From assembly GCF_963921235.1 (NCBI RefSeq), contig NC_086097.1, positions 195,302,001 through 195,366,000 on the forward strand: a DNA stretch of 64,000 nt. The letters run 5' to 3'. This document shows positions 12,960-26,400 of the stretch, in pieces. A model generated the notes under the pieces. The model was given only the letters and a program-made list of their open reading frames with translations, was not told the DNA's origin and did no database searches. This DNA comes from Mobula hypostoma. Lineage: Eukaryota. How positions within the stretch are numbered: position 1 is the stretch's first letter; every line of letters begins with the position of its first letter. Made by a program: the position numbers and the translations under genes.

Positions 12960-14414
12960 GCATAGTGTGTAGTGTAGGCCTTAAGCCCTGCAGTGGATTC
13001 TTAGTTCAGAGTTATAAAACTTCAACATGTTCAGTTAATTGTCTCCACAAATGCAAGAGCCTACAGAAAATATAGTTCATTTAAAGTAACTAAACCAATT
13101 CATTAGCTTTTTAAATGGTTTGCAATGTGATTGCACAGCTTAATACTAATTCACTGAAAACAATGTAGCAAAGGACTGTTGACTACTACTCAAGACTAAA
13201 ACCTTTGAAAATTATTGATTACATCTACTTAAAAGAAATTTCTAATTTAAGTATATTAGTTTTCAATTGTCACTGACAAATTGTGATCATTTAGTTCCTC
13301 TGCTTTCATAAGAAACATAAATGCCATTCCATTCTGACGGTCCTAAATTAACCAATAAACTGCACAATAGATCACATTTTTCTTTCTCAGTTACTTATTA
13401 GCCCTCAAAGATACTATTAACTAAAATCAGTCACTGGGACAACATGAAGTTGTTAATGAAGTTGGGAGTAACCAAAACACCTTTGACTGACATCCAGATT
13501 ACAGTTCTACGTTCAGCAAATCTTCTTATAAAAATTTTCTTCCAAGACAGAATGTTGTGGCTCCGAATAGTTATTCTAATAAAAGGGATTTTTTTGTGTT
13601 TTTCCAAGTGATTTTTGAATCTTCTTAGCTGGTTAAAATGGTTACATGGAAGCTGATTATATAAATTAGTTCCAATGTTTCAAGCAAAAATTACTGAATG
13701 AAGAGCAACGGCATAAATTCCATTTGTCATTCCAAGTGAAAGACTTTCTGAAAAATTATTGATAACAAGAGGCTTCTTTCTTTCTTTCTTTCTTTACAAA
13801 TAAACTAATGTATAATAAACTATCATCTGCTAAATGCAATTTATTAGATTTCACACTTATGAATTATCAATATATTTTCTAAATGTAAATGTATGGTGAG
13901 CAATCAGTCACTGTGACAGACACTCCAGAAAACTTTGGAAACCCGAGAGAATATATTTTCTAATATTCCCTCACTGGTAAACATGCATGAATCTTAATAA
14001 AGCATATGACTTTGAAAATGAGAATGATGCTAAGATTTTCCAACGCTGCATGACTCACTCGATAAAGTGTTAGCTAAAAGGTTAAGGGCAGAATTTGAGC
14101 TTTGATACTGGAAATAATATGAATTATAAAGTGTTGGCAGAACATATGGCTCAATTTAAAAAAATGTTATGCACAGATGAACAACAAAGTCATCAGATGA
14201 CCATCATTTTTACGGGATGTGGTCATTGCTGACAAGGTCAACATCTATTTCCCATTTCTAATTCCCGCTAACACTACGGAAAATCATCCTTTTAAACAAC
14301 TGTATTTCTTCTGGTATGCATTCCAACAATATCATTAGTTAGGAACACAGAGTTCTAAAGAAAGAAGACTTTCTAAATTATTCTATCATTTCTCCATCAC
14401 TTTATTACCATCAT

Positions 14415-15170
14415 TTTGGGAGAAAAATAAAAGTGTACACTATTTTCTAAACGGAGAGAAAATTCAAATAGCTGAGATGCAAAGGGATTTGGGAGTTCTC
14501 ATGCAGGATTCCTGAAAGATTCATTTGCAGGTTGAGTCAGTGGTGAAGAAGACAAATGTGATGTTAGCATACATCTGGAGAGGACAAGAATATAAAAGCA
14601 AGGATGTAATGTTAAGGCTTTCAAAGGCACTGGTGAGGCCTCACTGAGAGTATTGTGAGCAGTTTTGGGCCCCCTATCTAAGAAAGGATGTGCTGAATTT
14701 GGAGAGGGATCAAAGGAAGTTCATAAAAATGATACCAGGATTGAAAGGCTCTTTGCCTTTACTAACTGGAATTCAGAAAAATGAAGGGGGACCTCACTGA
14801 AGCCAATGGAATGTTGAAAGGCCTCGATAGAGTAGATGAGGAGACGATGTTTCCTATGGTGTGGGAGTCTAAGACCAGGGAACAGCCTCAGAATAGAGGG
14901 ATGTCCTTTTAGAACAGAGATTAGGAGAAATTTCTTTAGCCAGAGAGTGGTGAATCTGTGGAATTTGTTGCCACATGTGGCTGTGGAGACCAAGTCTTTG
15001 GGTATATTTAAGGCAGAGATTGATAGATTCTTGGTAAGTCAGGACATGAAGGGACACAGGGAAAAAGCAGGAGATTGAGGCTGAGAGGAAAACATGGACC
15101 AGCCATGATGAAATGACAGAGCAGACTTGACAGGCCAAATGGCTTTATTCTGCTCCTATATCCTATTTCT
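14415..15170 (+). mobile_element. CR1 LINE 3' fragment
   Basis: LRIEGCPFRTEIRRNFFSQRVVNLWNLLP; tail ctgctcctatatcctat. Confidence 0.9.
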
Positions 15171-15824
15171 GACACCTCCACCAAAAGTTCTAAACCTTTA
15201 AGGTAACATGTTTATTTGTATTTTTTTTTACCCATTGAACTTCTATCATCTTGAATGTAAGAATGGTGGAAGCAGATTCAGCAGGGACCTTAAAAAAGTA
15301 TGATAAAACAGGGTGCTAGAAGAATGCAAAGGGTGAACAACATTTTGGTGCTGAGTCTCAACCCCAAACTCCAATTTAGACATTTTTCCACCAAAGATGA
15401 TGTCAAAAATTCTAAGTCAATATTTTTTTCCAGTTTCTTGCATCTGCAGTCTCTTTTGTCTTCATATCTTTGGAAGGTAAATTAATATTTACCTCTAGTG
15501 GCAAAATTTGCATGATTATAGGCAAAAATTAATTGAATAGCTTCTTCAAAGAGCCAGCACAGATAAATTGTACTGCTGCTCTATACCTTCATCGTAAAAT
15601 GCAATGGTTCTATTATGTTGTGATCCAATTGATCCAATGAAGTAGCTTTATAGTTTACAAGTAAATCACTTAATGTAGCATAAGCTTCTGTAAAAATTTA
15701 TCTATCTACATATATATATATAGACACAAACAGTATTACGGTATACATTATATTATGTTTTAAGCATCTGGAAAATGTTCTGTGATGGGTCAGGTATGGA
15801 AATTAAACTTTCCACACCCACTAG

Positions 15825-17070
15825 TTCAAAGTTCAAAGTAATTTTATTATCAAAGTACATTTATGTCACCACATAAAACACTAAGATTTATTTTCTTTTA
15901 GGCATACTCAGAAAATCCAAGGAACAGTAGAATTAATGAAACACTGCACCCAACAGGACAAACAATGTGCAAAAGACAACAAACTTTGGAAATACAAAAA
16001 ATAATCATAAATAAATAAGCAATAAATATTGAGAACGTAAGTTGAAGTGTCATTGAAAGTGAGTCCATTAGTTGTGGGTACAATTCAGTGATGGGACGGT
16101 TGAATTTACGTGAAGTTATCCCCTCTGGTTAAGGAGCCTGATGGTTGAGGGGTGAACTGTTCCTGTATCTGGCGGTGTGAGACTGAGGCTCCTGTACCTT
16201 CATCCAGATGCAGCAAGAAGGTATGTGTGACAAGGGTCCTTGATGATGGATGCTGATTCCATGTAACTGTGCTCCATGTAGATGTGCTCATGATGGTGAG
16301 GACTTTACCTGTGATGGTCTGGGCCTGTTTTTTGTAGGATTTTCCATTCAAGGGTTTTGGTGTTTCCACTCCAGGCCATGATGGAAGAAGAAGAAGAAAA
16401 AGAAAGCCTTTAACTCCAAGTGGAATCCTCTGGACGCCGGCATGACAGCAGTTTTTTTTAGCAGGCTTTCTTATTTTTACGCGGTGGAGTTGCTAGCTCG
16501 ACGCTCAACCCAGCACGGATGGAAAGTGTGGAAGGGATCCGGCTGGATTTGAACTCGGGAGCCTTTGCTCCAAAGTCCTGCGCTGATGCTACTACGCCAC
16601 CAGCCAGCCAGGCCATGATGGAACCAATCAATATATTCTCCACCAGACATCTACAGACGCTTGTCAAAGCTTTAGACTCCATACTGAATTGTTACAAACA
16701 TCTAAGGAGATAGAGGCACTGCTGTGCTTTCTTTGTAATTGCACTTATGTCTGGGCCGTAGGCAAACCATCTGAAATGATAACACAGAGTAATTTGAAGT
16801 TGCTGACCCACTGCATGTCTGACCCCCAGACACTGGCTCATAGACCTCCGGTTTCCTCCTCCTGAAGCTAATAATCAGTTCCCTGGTCTTGCTGATATTG
16901 AGTGAGAGGTCATTGCTGTGGCACCACTCAGCCAAATTTTCAGTCTCGCTCCTATATGCTGATTCATCGCCACCTTTGATTCGGCCAATGACTGTGGAAT
17001 CGTCAGCATAGTCAAACATGGCATTGGAGCTGTGCTTAGTCTCACAGTCATAAGTATAAAGCAAGTAGAA
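15825..17070 (-). mobile_element. Rex1/Babar LINE, degraded
   Basis: LYTYDC....SSNAMFDYADDSTVIGRI...LSLNISKTRELII; (ACTTTGA)n-type tail at 15825. Confidence 0.85.
16387..16607 (-). mobile_element. tRNA-derived SINE with (TTC)n tail and 16-bp TSD
   Basis: - strand A-box TGGCGTAGTAG and B-box GAGTTCAAATCC; TSD ccaggccatgatggaa at 16371-16386 and 16608-16623. Confidence 0.88.
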
Positions 17071-19191
17071 AACTCAGTTTTGTATTAGTAACTAAAAAAT
17101 TCACTTTCATTATTTTCCAGGTATTTCTACCAAGCTCCTACAAAATATGAATAGTTGATGCTCAAAAGACCTTCAGAGCATTTTTAAGGCTAGAGACATT
17201 CATCTCCTTCAAAAGAAGGCTTACCAAGGCTTTTCAAATGAAAAGGAATTAATTTTCTCAAACTCATGTTGTAGGAAGTAACTTCAAAAGACAAATTATC
17301 AAGACTAGAGCGTGTGAAAGAATACTATCAGGAAAACAATTTTAATCACCCTGTAATTGAAATGAAGTTTGCTTTTCAAAATTTAGAGCTTTCTGAGAAA
17401 TGAAAATCCAAATTAAATTTTGTGTTGACTTAACAATTCTACTGGCCGTAAGATCCCATGTTTGGGGAATTGAAACTGTAATTAGATAGAAGAGAAAAAG
17501 TATGAGAACGTTAAAAATCTACATGTTTGTATGTAAGTAAATAAAAACATAAATCATACTTATGACAAAACTAATAGATTAATGGTTTGAGATTGAAACT
17601 TCCTTTAATCATAAATCAAACAAAATTAGTATAGTTGATTAACAAAATTTAAAATCTTAGAATCTGTAACTGAGCAAATAAATACTGAATGTACCCATTC
17701 ATTACTATTTATTATTTTAATGAAGCAGCAACACCGTGATTGAATGGATTTACAATTCTTATCCACACAAGGTAGTAAGTAATTACATAGGAATATATTA
17801 ACATATGAATATTAATAAAATACATGATAGTTGCTAAGTTTTCTTTGGTCTTTCTTTATTCAAATCAATGTGTCAATGTAGAAAATCTCCTTTTGATTGA
17901 AAAATTAAAGGAAAGTACTAATCTTACAAAATTATTTAATGAATAAAATATTAATGGTGCAGTTATCATTTCCTTAACTGAGATAGTTTAAATAGAAAAT
18001 GCTATAATCTTGAGCAAACTGAGCTTGTCACTTAAATTGTAAATATACAACTGACATCATATTTCACATTAGTATTGGTTGATCGGTATATTGAGAGATT
18101 TATGGCATATTTATGTAAGCCACTTAGTGTTTTCAAAATGCAGTTAGGAACAATAACAGAGCTTTCTAAGTCTCACATTTTTAAGCCAGAAAATCAGCTG
18201 ATTTCATCTACATCAGGTAACAATTATGTAATTTTGAACAAGTGTATCAGAAAAGAACTGATAAATTCAAAGCTAGTTATATTCTATATGCAACTCAAAG
18301 TCAGTCTCAAGGAGACTGCAATAGTTTGGTGTATAAACATGTTTTCCCTCATGGATTGTTCTTTGGAAGAATGAACTTGTGGACTCGCCAGGTAAATATT
18401 ATTAATCCCATTATTCTCATCTGCGTTCACATGTCTCATGCAATTGATACACAATATTTTCAAGTGAGAGTAATATGTAAATATTTGAGAAAATTATACA
18501 ATGTATATGCCTTGATTATACTGAAGGTTTCACCACAGCATTTGGCTGTGGGTGTGTGTTGAGTTATTGGCAGCTGTTTTAAAATGTTCATAAAACTTCA
18601 ATTAAAAATCTTGATTTTTTTTTTCATACTGAGCACTTTTAGAATATTGAACATTTTTATTTTTTATTCAGACAAAGTTGTAAGGTGAATTTTCTATTCT
18701 ATGCCCAGGTGGCAAATGTGTATAACCCATCTTGCTGACAAAGTATCATCTCAATAAAGTGGGTGAAAAATATCCAGATTTACTAATAAGACCTTCTGAA
18801 AGCTGCCTGTCATTTCAAGATTGAAATTTCATGCTGTAAAAATGGGCTTATCTTGATTTGCCACAATGGTCTGTGAACTCTTCTTGTCAGTAGTTTGGAG
18901 AGTGTTGGCAAGAGTCAGGAGACTTCACAGAGCAGCACTCCTTCTGCAGCATCCTATACTGAAACATCCAACAAGGCGCAGAACATGATATAAAAAATAA
19001 ATTCTCACCCCGTCAATAGCATGGCCTATCCATACTGCAAGCAGAGGCTCCCTCCTGCTACTCTGGAGCGGGGTTGGAGAAGTGTTAAATTAAAGTTGCA
19101 GGGTAATCAGAACCTGAGTGCCAGGGCAGCTGGTGTAGTGCATGTGGGGAAAGTAGTTGTTAAGCATACATATGTCATGCTCAGTATTTTA

Positions 19192-19753
19192 TACTTAAAG
19201 GGGACACTTTATTTGGTGCCTTCTATACCAAATAACAGGCCACTGAATGTATGACCATGGTCTTCTATTGCTGTAGCCCATCCACTTCAAGCTTTGATAT
19301 GTTGTGCATTCAAAGATGCTCTTTTGCACACCACTATTATAATGCATGGTTATTTGAGTTACAATCACCTGCCTGACAGCTTGAACTAGTTATAGCATTC
19401 TACTCTGATGTCTCTCATTACCAAAATGTTTTCACCAATAAAATTACTGCTCATCCGATGATTTTTTTTTTGTTTTTTTTTTGCACCATTCTCTATAAAC
19501 TCCAAAAACTGTTGTGCAAGAAAATCCCAGATCAGCAGTTTCTGAGATACTCAAAACTCCCTGTCTGGCACCAACAACTAATATGGTCAAAGTCACTAAG
19601 ATCACATTTCTTCCCCATTCGGATATTTGGTCTGAACAACAACCGAACCTCTTTACCATTTCTACATTGAGTTGGTGCCACATAACTGGTTGATTAGATA
19701 TTTGCATTAATAAGCAGCTATACAGGTGTACCTAATAAAGTGACCACTGAGTG
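19192..19753. mobile_element. Tc1/mariner-type non-autonomous element
   Basis: Right TIR gtgtacctaataaagtgaccactgagtg followed by TA; degenerate left TIR tacttaaaggggacactttatttggtgc preceded by TA. Confidence 0.72.
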
Positions 19754-19956
19754 TACAAAGATAGGAACTGAAGGGTTAAACCTTGTGTGACAGATGCTCT
19801 CAGTTGCATCTATTTCAATGCAATGAATATTATAGGTAAGACAGATGAGCATAGAGCTTGGATCAGCACGTGGCATTATGATACTGTAGTTATTAGCGAC
19901 AGGTGATTTCAGGAGGGGAATAACTAGCAGAACAATGTTCCAGATTTCCATTGTTT

Positions 19957-21567
19957 TGTTGATATTAAGGGAGAGAAGGTATTGGAATTGATAAAATACA
20001 TTAGTACGGGTAAGTCCCCGGGGCCTGACGGAATATTCCCCTGGCTGCTCCACGAGGCGAGGGAAGAGATTGCTGAGCCTCTGGCTAGGATCTTTATGTC
20101 CTCGTTGTCCAGGGGACTGGTACCGGAGGATTGAAGGGAGGCAAATGTTGTCCCTTTGTTCGAAACGGGTAGTAGGGATAGTCCGGGTAATTATAGACCA
20201 GTGAGCCTTACGACTGCGGTGGGAAAGCTGTTGGAAAAGATTCTTAGCGATAGGATCTCTGGGCATTTAGAGAATCATGGTCTGATCAGGAACAGTCAGG
20301 CATGGCTTTGTGAAGAGCAGATCGTGTCTAACAAGCCTGATAGAGTTCTTGGAGGAGGTGACCAGGCATATAGATGAGGGTAGTGCAGTGGATGTGATCT
20401 ATATGGATTTTAGTAAGGCATTTGACAAGGTTCCACGTGGTAGGCTTATTCAGAAAGTCAGAAGGCATGGGATCCAGGGAAGTTTGGCCAGGTGGATTCA
20501 GAATTGGCTTGCCTGCAGAAGGCAGAGGGTCGTGGTGGAGGGAGTACATTCAGATTGGAGGATTGTGACTACTGGTGTCCCACAAAGATCTGTTCTGGGA
20601 CCTCAACTTTTCGTGATTTTTATTAACAGCCTGGTTGTGGGGGTAGAAGGGTGGGTTGGCAAGTTTGAAAATGACACAAAGATTGGTGGTGTTGTAGATA
20701 GTGTAGAGGATTGTCAAAGATTGCAGAGTGACATTGATAGGTTGCAGAAGTGGGCTGAGAGGTGGCAGATGGGGTTCAACCCGGAGAAGTGTGAGGTGGT
20801 ACACTTTGGAAGGACAAACTCCAAGGCAGAGTACAAAATAAATGGCAGGATACTTGGTAGTGTGGAGGAGCAGAGGGATCTGGGGGTACATGTCCACAGA
20901 TCCCTGAAAGTTGCCTCACAGGTGGATAGGGTAGTTAAGAAAGATTATGGGGTGTTAGCTTTCATAAATCGAGGGATAGAGTTTAAGAGTCGCGATGTAA
21001 TGATGCAGCTCTATAAAACTCTGGTTAGGCCACACTTGGAGTACTGTGTCCAGTTCTGGTCGTCTCACTATAGGAAGGATGTGGAAGCATTGGAAAGGGT
21101 ACAAAGGAGATTTACCAGGATGCTGCCTGGTTTAGAGAGTATGCATTATGATCAGAGATTAAGGGAGCTAGGGCTTTACTCTTTGGAGAGAAGGAGGATG
21201 AGAGGAGACATCATAGGGATGTACAAGATAATAAGAGGAATAGATAGAGTGGATAGCCAGTGCCTCTTCCCCAGGGCACCACTGCTCAATATAAGAGGAC
21301 ATGGCTTTAAGGTAAGGGGTGGGAAGTTCAAGGGGGATATTAGAGGAAGGTTTTTCACTCAGAGAGTGGTTAGTGCGTGGAATGCACTGCCTGAGTCAGT
21401 GGTGGAGGCAGATACACTAGTGAAATTTAAGAGACTACTAGACAGGTACATAGAGGAATTTAAGGTGGGGGCTTATATGGGAGGCAGGGTTTTTAGGGTC
21501 AGCACAACATTGTGGGCCGAAGGGCCTGTACTGTGCTGTACTATTCTATGTTCTATGTTCTATGTTT
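19957..21567 (+). mobile_element. Young CR1 (family A, copy 1), 5'-truncated
   Basis: ORF 20310-21617 with YMDFSKAFDKVP and LVRPHLEYCVQFW; (TTCTATG)n tail. Confidence 0.95.
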
Positions 21568-23490
21568 TAGACATGACAGAGGGGGAGGTGTTAAAAGGGG
21601 GAGGATGGCATTACTAATTAGGGCAAATGTCATGGCAGTGCTCATACAGGACAGACTACTGAAGCCATATGGGCAGAACTGAGGAATAAGATATGGATGA
21701 CCGTTTTAATAGGATTATATTATAGACCAGTCAATAGTCAGCAGGATTTAAGGAGCAAACTTGTAGAGAGATCGCAGGCAGTTGCAAGAAAAACTAGGTT
21801 ATAGTAGTTGATAATTTAACTATCTACATATTGACTGGGATTCCCATAATGTAGAAGTAGTGGCTGGGATAGAGTTTGTTTAATAAAGTTTCCTGAATCA
21901 ATATAAGGAGTTCCCTATCTGCCAACCATCTACTAGATCCTCTATTAGTGAATGAGACGGGGCAGGTGATAGACGTGTGTGTAGAGGAACACTTTGAATC
22001 TAATGATTATAATTCTATTGAGTTCAAGATAATTATGGGGTAGAATACGTCTGGTCCTAGGTTGAGATTCAGGATTAGAAAAAGGCCAATTTTGTTGGCA
22101 TCAGAAAGTACCTTGAGGTGAGGATTTGGATAGGTTTTCTGGTAAAGGGATTATTGGTAAGTGAGAGGCCTGCAAAAGGGAAATGTTAAGGATATGGGAT
22201 TTGCATGTTCCTATTAGAATAAAATGTAATACTAAAAGATTTCGGGAACCTTGGTTTTGAGGGGCATGGAGACCATGGTTACTAAGAAGGAGATGTGTAA
22301 CAAGTATATGAAGCAAGGAACAAATGGGGAACTTGAGGTGCATAAGAAATTCAAAGGAATCTTAAGAAGAAAGTGAGGAGGGCCGAAAGAAGGCATGAAG
22401 TTGCTCTGGAAGACAAGATGAAGGAGCTTCCCAAAGGTTTCTCCAGATATATTAAGAGAGCAAGGGACAAAATTGGTCCTCTCGTATATCTATGCTTAGA
22501 GCCAAGAATGGTGGGGTGGATTAAATAGATTTCTTGCTTGGGAATCAGACAGGGAGACTATTGAACTGATGCAAAATAACAGTGAGATTATGGACCACAT
22601 CCGAATTACAGAAGAGCAGATGCCTGCTGTCTTGAGGGAAATGAGGATGACTAAGCACCAGGACCTGACAAGAGGTGTCTTCTTGGACCTGGTTGGAAGC
22701 TAGTGCAAAAATTGCAGCAGCCCTGGCAAAGGCATTTTAAACATCCTTAACCATGGGTAAGGTGCCGGAGGATTGGAGGATAGCTAGTGTTGTTCCGTTG
22801 TTCAAGAAGGGCTCTAAGAATAAGTGGGGAGATTATACATTGGTGAGCCAAACATCAGAAGTGGACAAAATTATTCAAAGGCTCTCCATGAGGCACGATA
22901 TATTAGTATTTGGATAGACAGGGAATTGATCTGTGATAGTCAATGTTGAGTTGTATACGATAGGCTGTGTCTAATTAATTTTACTATTTTTTAAAGTTTT
23001 GAAGGAATGGCATTGTGTAAATTGAATTTATCAAGGTCTTTGACAAAGTTCTGCATGGAAGGCTAGTCCATAATGTTCAGTTGCTTGGCAGTTAGGAAGC
23101 AGTAAATTGGATTCAACATTGGTTTAGTCAGAAAAGCCAGAGAGTGGTAATAGATGTTCACCTCTCTGAGTTGAGGCCTGTGATTAGTGGTGTGCCACAG
23201 GGATTGGTGCTGGGTCCATTGGTGTTTGTCATCTATGTTAATGATTTGGATGATAATGTGGTTAACTGGATTGAAAAATTTGTGGATGACAGGTGTAGTG
23301 GGCAGCAAGGAAGGCTGAAAAATAGCAGATGGAACTTAATGCAGACAAGTGTGAGGTTTTACACTTTGGAAGAATAAAATTTGATAGGATTTATACTGAG
23401 AGTAGGACTGAGGGGTGCATTAGAACAAAGGGATCTGGTAAGACAGATCCGTAATTCCATGAAAGTGATGTCACATGTAAAAAAGGTCAT

Positions 23491-26400
23491 CATCATCATC
23501 ACCATCATCAGGTGCCATGCCCCCCAGTTTGAGCTTTCACTGCCATGGCCCACACAGTCCTGTTTCAGGTCAAGTGGATCAATTCATTGGTATTCATTTC
23601 CAGTTCTCTGACTGCTGGCTCCATCATCATTTATCTTTACCTTCCTTTTGCTTTCTTCCCTTCAATCTTTTCCATAATTACCGTGAATTCTAACCTTCCT
23701 TCCCTAATCGCATGTCCAATGAAGTTACGTTGCCTTTTCATGATTTCATACATTATTTCTCTTTTTGTGCTTGCTCTGTTTATGACATCCTTGTTAGATA
23801 TTCATTTCGTCCATGATATTCTTTGCATCCTCCTCAAAAATCACATCTCTGCTGCTTCAATTTGTTTCCTCATATTATTAGATATTGTCCAACATGCTGA
23901 TCCATATAACATAACTGGATAAACGTAACATTTCAGTACTCTGAGGCGGGTTGCAATGCCTAGTTTAGTATTGGTCAGTATACTCTTCGTTCTTGTAAAG
24001 GTGTCTTTTGCCAACCCTATTCTTCTTTTGATGCCTACGTCGCACCTGCCTTCTAATGTCACCCAGTTTCCTAAGTAGCGAAAGTTCTGTACTTGTTTTA
24101 TGTCCTCCCTGTTTATTTTCAGCCTGCAGATAGGATTCTCCTTCTTTTTGGATATCACCATACATTCTGTCCTTTTGCAATTAATAGACAGACTCATTTT
24201 TGCACTTTCTTCAACAACTAGTTTGTAGTTCTTCCTCCGTACTTCCAATTAACACAGTGTCATCTGGCATGGTTCGGGAGGGTTTAAACTAATTTGCGAG
24301 GGGGATAGGACCCAGAGCGATAGAGCAGCGAAACAAGTGCATGGAGTAAAGCCAGATCTAACATACAGAGAGGCTTTGAGGAAAAAGAAGCAGAATAAAC
24401 GGTGTAAAGGCAGTAAGGTAGAAGGGCTGAAATATGTGTACCTCAATGCAAGAAGCATCAGGAACAAAGGCAATGAACTAAGAGCTTGGATACATACATG
24501 GAATTATAATGTAGTGGCCATTACAGAGACTTGGCTGGCACCAGGGCAGGAATGAATTCTCCATATTCCTGGATTTCAGTGCTTTAAAAGGGATAGAGAG
24601 GGCAGAAAAATGGGAGGAGGGGTGGCATTACTGGTCAGGGATACTATCACAGCTACAGAAAGGGTGGGTAATACAGCAGGATCCTCTTTTGAGTCAGTAT
24701 GAGTGGAAGACAGGAACAGGAAGGGAGCAGTTACTCTATTGGGGGTATTCTATAGGCCCCCTGGTAGCAGCAGAGATACAGAGGAGCAGATTGGGAGGCA
24801 GATTTTGGAAAGGTGCAAAAATAACAGGGTTGTTATCATGGGTGACTTTAACTTCCCTAATACTGATTGGCACCTAATTAGTTCCAAGGGTTTAGATGGG
24901 GCAGAGTTTGTTAAGTGTGTCCAGGACGGATTCCTGTCACAGTATGTGGACAGGCCGACCAGAGGGAATGCCATACTAGATCTAGTACTAGGTAATGAAC
25001 TGGATCAGGTCACAGATCTCTGTGTGTGAGCATCTGGGGGATAATGACCACCGGTCCATGGCCTTTGGCATTATCATGGAAAAGGACAGAATCAGAGAGA
25101 CAGGAAAACTTTTAATTGGGGAAAGGCAAATTATGAGGTTATAAGGCTCGAACTTGCAGGTGTGAATTGGGATGATGTTTTTGCAGGGAAATGTACTATG
25201 GACATGTGGTCGATGTTTAGAGATCTCCTGCGGGATGTTAGGGATAAATTTGTCCCGTTGAGGAAAATAAAGAATGGTAGGGTGAAGGAACCATGGGTGA
25301 CAAGTGAGGTGGAAAATCTAGTCAGGTGGAAGAAGGCAGCATACATGAGGTTTAGGAAGCAAGGATCAGATGGGTCTATTGAGGAATCTAGGGAAGCAAG
25401 AAAGGAGCTTAAGAAGGGGCTGAGAAGAGCAAGAAGCGGGTATGAGAAGGCCTTGGCGAGTAGGGTAAAGGAAAACCCCAAGGCATTCTTCAATTATGTG
25501 AAGAAAAAAAGGATGACAGGAGTGAAGGTAGGACCGATTAGAGATAAAGGTGGGAAGATGTGCCTGGAGGCTGTGGAAGTGAGCGAGGTCCTCAATGAAT
25601 ACTTCTCCTCGGTATTCACCAATGAGAGGGAACTTGATGATGGTGAGGACAATATGAGTGAGGTTGATGTTCTAGAGCATGTTGATATTAAGGGAGTGGA
25701 GGTGTTGGAGTTGTTAAAATACATTAGGACAGATAAGTCCCCGGGTCCTGACGGAATATTCCCCAGGCTGCTCCACGAGGCGAGAGAAGAGATTGCTGAG
25801 CCTCTGGCTAGGATCTTTATGTCCTCGTTGTCCACGGGAATGATACCGGAGGATTGGAGGGAGGCGAATGTTGTCCCCTTGTTCAAAAAAGGTAGTAGGA
25901 ATAGTCCGGATAATTATAGACCAGTGAGCCTTACGTCTGTGGTGGGAAAGCTGTTGGAAAAGATTCTTAGAGATAGGTTCTATAGGCATTTAGAGAATCA
26001 TGGTCTGATCAGGGACAGTCAGCATGGCTTTGTGAAGGGCATATCGTTTCTAACAAGCCTGATAGAGTTCTTTGAGGTGGTTACCAGGCATATAGATGAG
26101 GGTAGTGCAGTGGATGTGATCTATATGGATTTTAGTAAGGCATTTGACAAGGTTCCACATGGTAGGCTTATTCAGAAAGTTAGAAGGCATGGGATCCAGG
26201 GAAGTTTGGCCAGGTGGATTCAGAATTGGCTTGCCTGCAGAAGGCAGAGGGAGTACATTCAGATTGGAGGATCGTGACTACTGGTGTCCCACAAGGATCT
26301 GTTCTGGGACCTCTACTTTTCGTGATTTTTATTAACGACCTGGATGTGGGGGTAGAAGGGTGGGTTGGCAAGTTTGCAGACGACACAAAGTTTGGTGGTG

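Noticed and set aside
25131..25989. Antisense ORFs recurring at 25131-25886 and 49921-50673
   Set aside because: They are shadow frames of near-identical CR1 ORF2 copies.
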